Below, one piece after another: positions 58,135 through 64,000 of a stretch of 64,000 nt of DNA; the stretch's first letter is position 1, and every line of letters begins with the position of its first letter. The position numbers and the translations under genes are program-made. The DNA is taken from positions 2,208,001 to 2,272,000 of the forward strand of contig CAVTBU010000005.1 in NCBI GenBank assembly GCA_963733035.1, read 5' to 3'. This stretch comes from Pirellulales bacterium. Its GTDB lineage: Bacteria; Planctomycetota; Planctomycetia; Pirellulales; PALSA-1355. The notes beneath the pieces are model-generated. The model was not told where the DNA came from, made no database searches, and saw only the letters and a list, made by a program, of their open reading frames with translations.

Positions 58135-60507
58135 GACGGGAGCCGGGATGCTGCTCGGGTGATCGGCGCACAGCATCTCCAACAGCGCAATCGTCGCCGG
58201 CTTGTTCGGCATCGGATAACCGCGCGATAGATCCGGGTCGCTGTGAATCGCCGGTCGCAAATTCGGCAGGCCGACGCAGCTCGGACAGCCCTCTTCGCAG
58301 GGGCACTCGCTGACCATCTGTCGGCAAATCGCCAACACGTCTTCCAGGCGGGCGAACCCTTTTTCGCAGTAGCCCAGGCCGCCGGGATAGCGGTCGTAGA
58401 GAATCATCGTGCTGCGGCCCAGGTTCTTGCTGTCGACGATGCCGCCCAGGTCGCGGCTGTCGCACATCGCCACCATCGGCAAGGCGACCATCGCCAGGTT
58501 CCGCAGGCCCGTCATCCCTTCGCTGGTGCGATGCCCGGCGGCTTTCATTTGCTTTCGCAGGGCATCGTCGGGCGCCAGCCATACGGCGGTGGTCGGCAGA
58601 GTCTGCGCCGGAATATCGACTGGGCCCAGGCCGATGTTTTCGCGGGTGCCGAACTTGATCTTCTTAAACGCCACGGTTTGCCAAGTGACGTCCACTTCGC
58701 CAAAGGCCAACAGCGAACCGGGCACGCCACTCCGCTGCCGGCGTTCGTCCTTGATCTTCACGCTCGATTCGAGCACGGCCTGCGTGTAATAGTCCATCTC
58801 GTGTCGTTCGACGTAGGCCACCTTGCCCACCAGGTCGAGCTCGCGGACGAAATAACTCTCGCCATTGTGCAGATAGACCGCCTCGGGGTAGACCAACTCA
58901 GGAGCACTGATCGAATCGACATTGGCGATCACCTCGTGATCCTGCGGCCGCTTGCCCGCTCGCGGCTTGTCGCGCTTCAGCACGATCGAGAACGTGTTAT
59001 CGCTCATATGGCGCAGGCTCATCCGCTGGGCTGGATTCTGGCTGCCGCCGGAGTAGAAATACTCGCCGCCCACTTCGGTCAGTTCGCCGCTGTCGCCCAG
59101 CACGCCGGCAATCGGCATCGCCAAGGGGCCGAAGCGATCGACGTCGGCCTCGGCCAGCGGCAACTCAAAGGCCGCGGCTTGCAGGTGATTGGCCAGCACG
59201 TAAGGGTTTTCCGGATCGACGACCGCGTTCTCGGGCGACTGCGCGAAGAAGTATTCTGGATGGCGTGAGAGATACTGATCGACTGGGTCATTGCCGGCCA
59301 ACAGAATCGCCACGCTCTCGTCATGCCGCCGACCGCTGCGCCCGGCCTGCTGCCAGGTGCTGGCGATGGTGCCGGGATAGCCGGCCAGCAGAGCCACGTC
59401 GAGCGAACCGATGTCGACGCCCAGTTCAAGGGCGTTGGTGGCAGCCACGCCACGCAGGTTGCCGCCGAACAGTTGTGATTCGATCTCGCGCCGCTCGATC
59501 GGCAAGTAGCCGCCGCGATAGGCCCGGATTTGGCCGGCGAGTTTCGAGTGATTGGCCGCGAGCCGCTCTTGCACGTAGCGATGCACGAGCTCCGCGGCCT
59601 GCCGCGTGCGGGTAAAGGTAAGCGCCTGGGCCCCGTCGAGCATGGCTTCGGTCATTAGCAGCACGGCGTCGTCCGTGGCGCTGCGACGGGCCAGCCGATC
59701 GTTGCCGAGCGGGCTGGGGTTCCAGAGGACAAAATACTTGCGGCCGCGCAGCGCGCCGTCGCCGTCGACCACGGCCACGTCGCGGTTGAGTAACTTACCG
59801 GCCAACTCGCCCGGATTGGCGATCGTGGCGCTGGCCGCCAGAAACACGGGCTTCGCTCCGTAGTGTTCGCAGACGCGCTCGAGCCGCCGCAACACGCAGG
59901 CGACGTTCGCACCCAGGATACCGCGATAGGTGTGGATTTCGTCGACGACGACGTAGCGGAGATTACTGAAGAAGCGGGCCCACTTCGGATGGTACGGCAG
60001 GATCGAGGCGTGCAACATGTCGGGATTCGACAGCACGAGTTGCGACTCGGCCTGAATGCGCCGTCGCTGGGCAACGGGCGTATCGCCATCGAACACGCCC
60101 GATCGCACGCGGTCGATCGCCTGCAAGCTGCCGCCAACCAGATCGAGCAGCCCCTTGTGTTGATCTTGCGCAAGCGCCTTGGTGGGAAACAAATAAAGCG
60201 CCCGGGCGTCGGGATCTTCGAGTGCGGTTTCCAGAATCGGCAGATTGTAGCAGAGGGTCTTGCCGCTGGCCGTGCCGGTGACGACAACCAGATCTCGCGC
60301 TTCGCGCGCCAGTTCCAGCGCTGCCACCTGGTGCGAATAGAGTTCTTGGATGCCGTGCGCCGCGAGCACTTCAGCGAGCACCGGTGGCAGGGGTCGACTC
60401 GGCTGGACAAACGTTCCCGGCCGCTCGGGAAGCACCTCGACGTGCTCAATCTGCTGGGCGTAAAAGTCCTGGCAGCGAATCCGGTTCAAGAATGCCGCGA
60501 CATCCAT
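58129..60507 (-). CDS. DEAD/DEAH-box helicase with DUF1998 (Hrq1/MrfA/SftH family)
   Basis: LYSHQ, TGTASGKT, PTKALAQDQ, DEIH, SAT, QQAGRSGRR and C-terminal MCD...CPCEEGCPSC. Confidence 0.92.
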   Translation of the reverse strand: MDVAAFLNRIRCQDFYAQQIEHVEVLPERPGTFVQPSRPLPPVLAEVLAAHGIQELYSHQVAALELAREARDLVVVTGTASGKTLCYNLPILETALEDPDARALYLFPTKALAQDQHKGLLDLVGGSLQAIDRVRSGVFDGDTPVAQRRRIQAESQLVLSNPDMLHASILPYHPKWARFFSNLRYVVVDEIHTYRGILGANVACVLRRLERVCEHYGAKPVFLAASATIANPGELAGKLLNRDVAVVDGDGALRGRKYFVLWNPSPLGNDRLARRSATDDAVLLMTEAMLDGAQALTFTRTRQAAELVHRYVQERLAANHSKLAGQIRAYRGGYLPIERREIESQLFGGNLRGVAATNALELGVDIGSLDVALLAGYPGTIASTWQQAGRSGRRHDESVAILLAGNDPVDQYLSRHPEYFFAQSPENAVVDPENPYVLANHLQAAAFELPLAEADVDRFGPLAMPIAGVLGDSGELTEVGGEYFYSGGSQNPAQRMSLRHMSDNTFSIVLKRDKPRAGKRPQDHEVIANVDSISAPELVYPEAVYLHNGESYFVRELDLVGKVAYVERHEMDYYTQAVLESSVKIKDERRQRSGVPGSLLAFGEVDVTWQTVAFKKIKFGTRENIGLGPVDIPAQTLPTTAVWLAPDDALRKQMKAAGHRTSEGMTGLRNLAMVALPMVAMCDSRDLGGIVDSKNLGRSTMILYDRYPGGLGYCEKGFARLEDVLAICRQMVSECPCEEGCPSCVGLPNLRPAIHSDPDLSRGYPMPNKPATIALLEMLCADHPSSIPAPVV

Positions 60508-60950
60508 GACGCAAAGCCCTCCGATGGCAGATACTACACATGCGTATAGTATACCGGGGGAATGGCACTAGGTTAAGAGATGTTGCCATTCGGTGGTCTC
60601 GTTTCGCCGGCTTCGCCGCCACGTGTGATGCTGCCGTTGCGGCTACGTCATCGTTCCGGCAGCACACGCCAACGACGGACAAAGAATTTTGACCCCACCC
60701 CAACGACTATGGTCCCGGGTACGGCGATTTGCGGCTGATCTGGCAGCTAGCGACCCGCCGCAAGCCAGCAATCTCGGAAGTGGCATGAATTCCGGCATGT
60801 CGGCGTGCACCGGCGGAGAGATAAAACGAGCAGACGGCGTACTGGGGAAATGACGGATTCCGCTGGATCAATCAGCAGCGAACTCCACGCCCCCCCGAAG
60901 TGCCGGGAAGAAACTCAGCAACGCAGTAGTCACACACTACCTCCCCCGCT

Positions 60951-60970
60951 CCCTAACAAAACCCTAACAA
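60951..60970 (+). promoter_or_regulatory. Putative Pho box (11-bp-period direct repeat)
   Basis: CCCTAACAA at 60951 and 60962, upstream of pstS. Confidence 0.6.
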
Positions 60971-61232
60971 TTGCCCCGTATGATGAGGGCGAAATTTAGA
61001 GGGAAGAACTGAGGTGCCGCTTCGAGGAGTTCGACGGCGCGCGGGATGGATGTGCTGCCCAGTTATGTTTCAATCGGGGCGCTATCTCGGGTGGACGGCG
61101 GTAAGATATTGCCCGCGTCTGCCCCTGTGTCCTCTCGCGCTTGGGTTCACGCTCTGAAACGCTAGGCGGTCAGGTTGCGCGCCAACCAACTTCAAATCTG
61201 CGCCCGATGTGACGGGCGGAAGGGAACACTCC

Positions 61233-62261
61233 ATGGCACGGATCAGTACGGAATTTTTCACTCGCCGCGCGGGTAGCGCGCTGATCGCCATCGGCACCGT
61301 GTTGCTGGCCGCAACGCTCGGCTGTTTTTCCAACTCGGGCCAGCGCGACGATGGCACGATTCGCATCACCGGCTCCGATACGATGGTCAACCTGGCCCAG
61401 GCCTGGGCCGAGGAATACCAAAAGGATCACCCGGACATTTCAGCGCAGGTGCGCGGCGGCGGATCGGGCGTGGGCATTGCCACGCTGATTAGCGGCAAGG
61501 TCGATATCGCGCCGGCCAGCCGCGCGATGAGTGAAGAGGAGTTCGAGCTGGCGAAAAAGAACACCGGCAAGGAGCCCAAGCAATTTATCGTCGGCAGCGA
61601 CGCCCTGGCGATCTACGTGCACAAGGATAACCCGATGGATTCGATCTCGATCGAGGAGTTGGCCGCAATCTATGGCGAAGGAGGCAAGATTTCCAAGTGG
61701 CAAGAATTGGGAGTCGACAACCCACAGTGCGCCGGGGGTGAGATCGTGCGCGTCAGTCGCCAAAACAGCTCGGGCACCTATGTCTACTTTCGCGACACGG
61801 TACTCGGCAAGAACCGCGAATACAAACAAGGCACCACGGCCCAAAGCGGTTCGTCCGACGTCGTGGCCCTGGTGTCGAACACGCCCTGTGCAATCGGCTA
61901 CAGCGGCATGGGTTACTACCAGCCGGGCCAGGTGAAGATGCTCAAGGTTTCAGCCAAGAAAGGCGAGCCGGGCATTGAGCCTTCAATCAGGTCGGCCCTG
62001 GACGGAACTTATCCCATTTCACGGCCGCTGTACCTCTACACACTAGGCGAGCCGACTGGTTCGGTCGAAGAGTTTATTGATTGGGTCATGGGCCCCGAGG
62101 GACAGCGGATCGTCGAAGAGGTCGGCTACGTGCCGAATGAGCTTGGCGCCCCCAAAGCGAGCGAACAACCGGCCGACGTTTCGGCCGCCAACGACGCGGC
62201 CAGCGACGAAGACACTGCTCCGACGGCGGCCGCGGATGAATCTTCTGCCACCAAAGAGTAA
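61233..62261 (+). CDS. pstS: Phosphate ABC transporter substrate-binding lipoprotein
   Basis: LGC lipobox, GSDTM, GGGSGVG, SRQNSSGT and YPISRPLYLY. Confidence 0.93.
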   Translation: MARISTEFFTRRAGSALIAIGTVLLAATLGCFSNSGQRDDGTIRITGSDTMVNLAQAWAEEYQKDHPDISAQVRGGGSGVGIATLISGKVDIAPASRAMSEEEFELAKKNTGKEPKQFIVGSDALAIYVHKDNPMDSISIEELAAIYGEGGKISKWQELGVDNPQCAGGEIVRVSRQNSSGTYVYFRDTVLGKNREYKQGTTAQSGSSDVVALVSNTPCAIGYSGMGYYQPGQVKMLKVSAKKGEPGIEPSIRSALDGTYPISRPLYLYTLGEPTGSVEEFIDWVMGPEGQRIVEEVGYVPNELGAPKASEQPADVSAANDAASDEDTAPTAAADESSATKE

Positions 62262-62296
62262 CCCGCCCTCCGAGCGACTTCGCGCTACGCTGCATC

Positions 62297-63238
62297 ATGG
62301 CCACGATCTCGACCACTCCCGAGCGACAGCGGATCACCCGCCGCGACACGTCGCGCTGGAGGCGATTGCCCGAGCTGGCGATCGAGACGCTGATCCGGCT
62401 TTGCGGCTGGAGCGCGATTTTCTTTGTGTTCGGCATCTTCTTCTTCGTTTTCCGCGAAGGAGCGCCCTACCTGTTCAACGGGCTGAACCTGACGGAATTC
62501 TTCACCAGCACCCGCTGGTCGCCCGTGGCCAATACGCCGCAATACGGCATCCTGGGCCTGCTGGCCGGCACGGCTTCGGTGACGGTGCTCTCGATGGCAA
62601 TCGCCGTGCCGCTCGGTTTGGGCGCCGCGGTGTTTGTCTCCGAGTTCTGCACGCCGAAGATCAAGGAAGTGCTCAAGATCGCCATCGAGATGTTGGCCGC
62701 CATCCCGTCCATCGTGTGGGGATTCATCGCCTACATGATGCTCAACCCGATCATCATCGCCGTCACCGGCGCGCCGGTCGGCCTGAACGTGCTCAATGCC
62801 AGCATCATCTTGGCGCTAATGAGCGTGCCGGTAATCGTGTCGGTGAGCGAAGACTCGCTCAAGGCCGTGCCCGATTCGTATCGGGAAGCGGCGCTAGCGC
62901 TGGGAGCCAGCCGCTGGGAGATCGTCTACCGCGTGTTATTTCCGGCTGCCAAGAATGGTTTGTTGGCCGCCGTGCTGCTGGGTGTTGGCCGGGCGATTGG
63001 CGAAACGATGGCCGTGTTGATGGCTACCGGACACGCCAATCAGATTCCGCACAGCCCGCTCGATCGCGTGCAAACGCTCACGGCCACGATCGCGGCCGAG
63101 CTGGGTGAGGCTGTGAAAGGGGGCGACCACTATCGGGTGCTGTTTGTCATTGGCATCCTGCTGTTCGTAATCGCCTTCGTGGTCAACCTGACGGCCGATC
63201 TTGTGGTTCGCGGCGTCCGGGGGAGGCAAAATGACTGA
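62297..63238 (+). CDS. pstC: Phosphate ABC transporter permease PstC
   Basis: LAAIPSIVWG, EAALALGASRW, GRAIGETMAVLMATG and TLTATIA. Confidence 0.94.
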   Translation: MATISTTPERQRITRRDTSRWRRLPELAIETLIRLCGWSAIFFVFGIFFFVFREGAPYLFNGLNLTEFFTSTRWSPVANTPQYGILGLLAGTASVTVLSMAIAVPLGLGAAVFVSEFCTPKIKEVLKIAIEMLAAIPSIVWGFIAYMMLNPIIIAVTGAPVGLNVLNASIILALMSVPVIVSVSEDSLKAVPDSYREAALALGASRWEIVYRVLFPAAKNGLLAAVLLGVGRAIGETMAVLMATGHANQIPHSPLDRVQTLTATIAAELGEAVKGGDHYRVLFVIGILLFVIAFVVNLTADLVVRGVRGRQND

Positions 63239-64000
63239 CAAGCACCCTGGTCACTTTCGCTACTACGTTTCGCCGCGCACCAACGGCGATCCCGGCGACG
63301 GCACCCCCGGGCGGCCCCTGCGGAGCGTGCAGGACGCGCTCCAAAACATCGCCCAGCGGCACAGTGGCGATGCCCCATCGGTGAAGAAACTGTCGGGATA
63401 CGACCGCGTGGATATCTGCGCCCTTGCCACGGCAAGTAGCGCTGGGTCGAAAAGAAAGCCGCCGCGATACGAATTCTTCGTCGATCCGCTGGGAGCGTCG
63501 GACCTGGCGGTCGGCACGGCGCAGCTCCCGTGGCCCGACTTGGAGTCCGCACTTTCCGGCGTGTCCAAGCTCGATGCCACCGGCAGGATCCAACTGGCAC
63601 CTGGCGAGCATCTGACCCTTTCGGTGCGAGAAGTCTTTTCGGCCACGCCGGTCGATCGACACAAGCGTCGCAACGAGCGGATCGCGCAGGTCGTGTTCGG
63701 CGTGATGACCATGATGCTGGTCGTGCCGCTGGTGCTAATCCTGGGACACCTACTCTACAAAGCCTGGCCAGTGCTCTCGCCGTCGTTTATTTTCGAGAAC
63801 CCCCAACACAAAATGACCGCCGGCGGCGTCTGGGCTCCGCTCATCGGCACGTTTTACCTGGTTTTCATTTCACTCATGATCGCCGCGCCCATCGGCGTGC
63901 TGGCGGGGGTGTACCTGAACGAATATGCCAAGGACAACTGGTTTACGCGCGTCGTCAATCTGGCCGTGGTCAATCTGGCGGGCGTGCCCAGCATCGTGCA
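63231..64000 (+). CDS. pstA: Phosphate ABC transporter permease PstA with a long N-terminal extension; 3'-truncated by the window
   Basis: Open frame from ATG 63231 (RBS GGGAGG, overlapping the pstC stop) to the window end. Contains GGVWAPLIGT, GVYLNEYA and NLAGVPSIV. Confidence 0.9.
   Translation, partial: MTDKHPGHFRYYVSPRTNGDPGDGTPGRPLRSVQDALQNIAQRHSGDAPSVKKLSGYDRVDICALATASSAGSKRKPPRYEFFVDPLGASDLAVGTAQLPWPDLESALSGVSKLDATGRIQLAPGEHLTLSVREVFSATPVDRHKRRNERIAQVVFGVMTMMLVVPLVLILGHLLYKAWPVLSPSFIFENPQHKMTAGGVWAPLIGTFYLVFISLMIAAPIGVLAGVYLNEYAKDNWFTRVVNLAVVNLAGVPSIV

Noticed and set aside
58129..60507. DISARM/Druantia anti-phage system
   Set aside because: No methylase, DrmA/DrmD, PLD or other defence genes in the neighbourhood.
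1..64000. CRISPR array, rRNA or tRNA genes
   Set aside because: I saw no regularly spaced repeat-spacer series, cas genes or recognisable RNA gene sequence. This was a by-eye reading only.

Overview
High-GC bacterial chromosomal window that looks like a planctomycete (Pirellulales-like). The basis is two DUF1549/DUF1553 + DUF1501 pairs, DUF1080, PEP-CTERM proteins, a Tat-exported Gfo/Idh/MocA protein and a BlaI/M56 pair. It holds about 55 genes, mostly housekeeping or metabolic: sufS/sufU, a di-haem cytochrome c peroxidase, an aquaporin, scpA, hemW, mnmA, floA, a DUF1998 helicase, pstSCA and several transporters. There is one intact IS3-family element (2003-3387) with inverted repeats, a 4-bp CCAC target duplication and an A7G -1 frameshift site. 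I found no rRNA, tRNA or CRISPR array. Six clear frameshifts and one probable one interrupt ordinary genes, and all lie at or beside GCGC, so they are most likely long-read consensus errors. Best leads: (1) a BlaR1-type M56 sensor whose lower-GC C-terminal part is made of coiled coils plus three Wza-like Poly_export repeats, with a visible promoter and two operators, bracketed by two REP-like hairpin elements; (2) an aquaporin with a TIP/AQP8-like H-I-A-R filter directly upstream of a cytochrome c peroxidase, behind a perfect 21-bp Fur/PerR-like palindrome; (3) a PstA with a ~135-aa N-terminal extension carrying two beta-helix-cap-like motifs; (4) a DUF2089 regulator paired with a membrane-anchored TPR protein; (5) a hairpin-rich non-coding block at 1357-1981 bounded by inverted repeats. 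All family calls come from motif recognition by eye; no database search was run.
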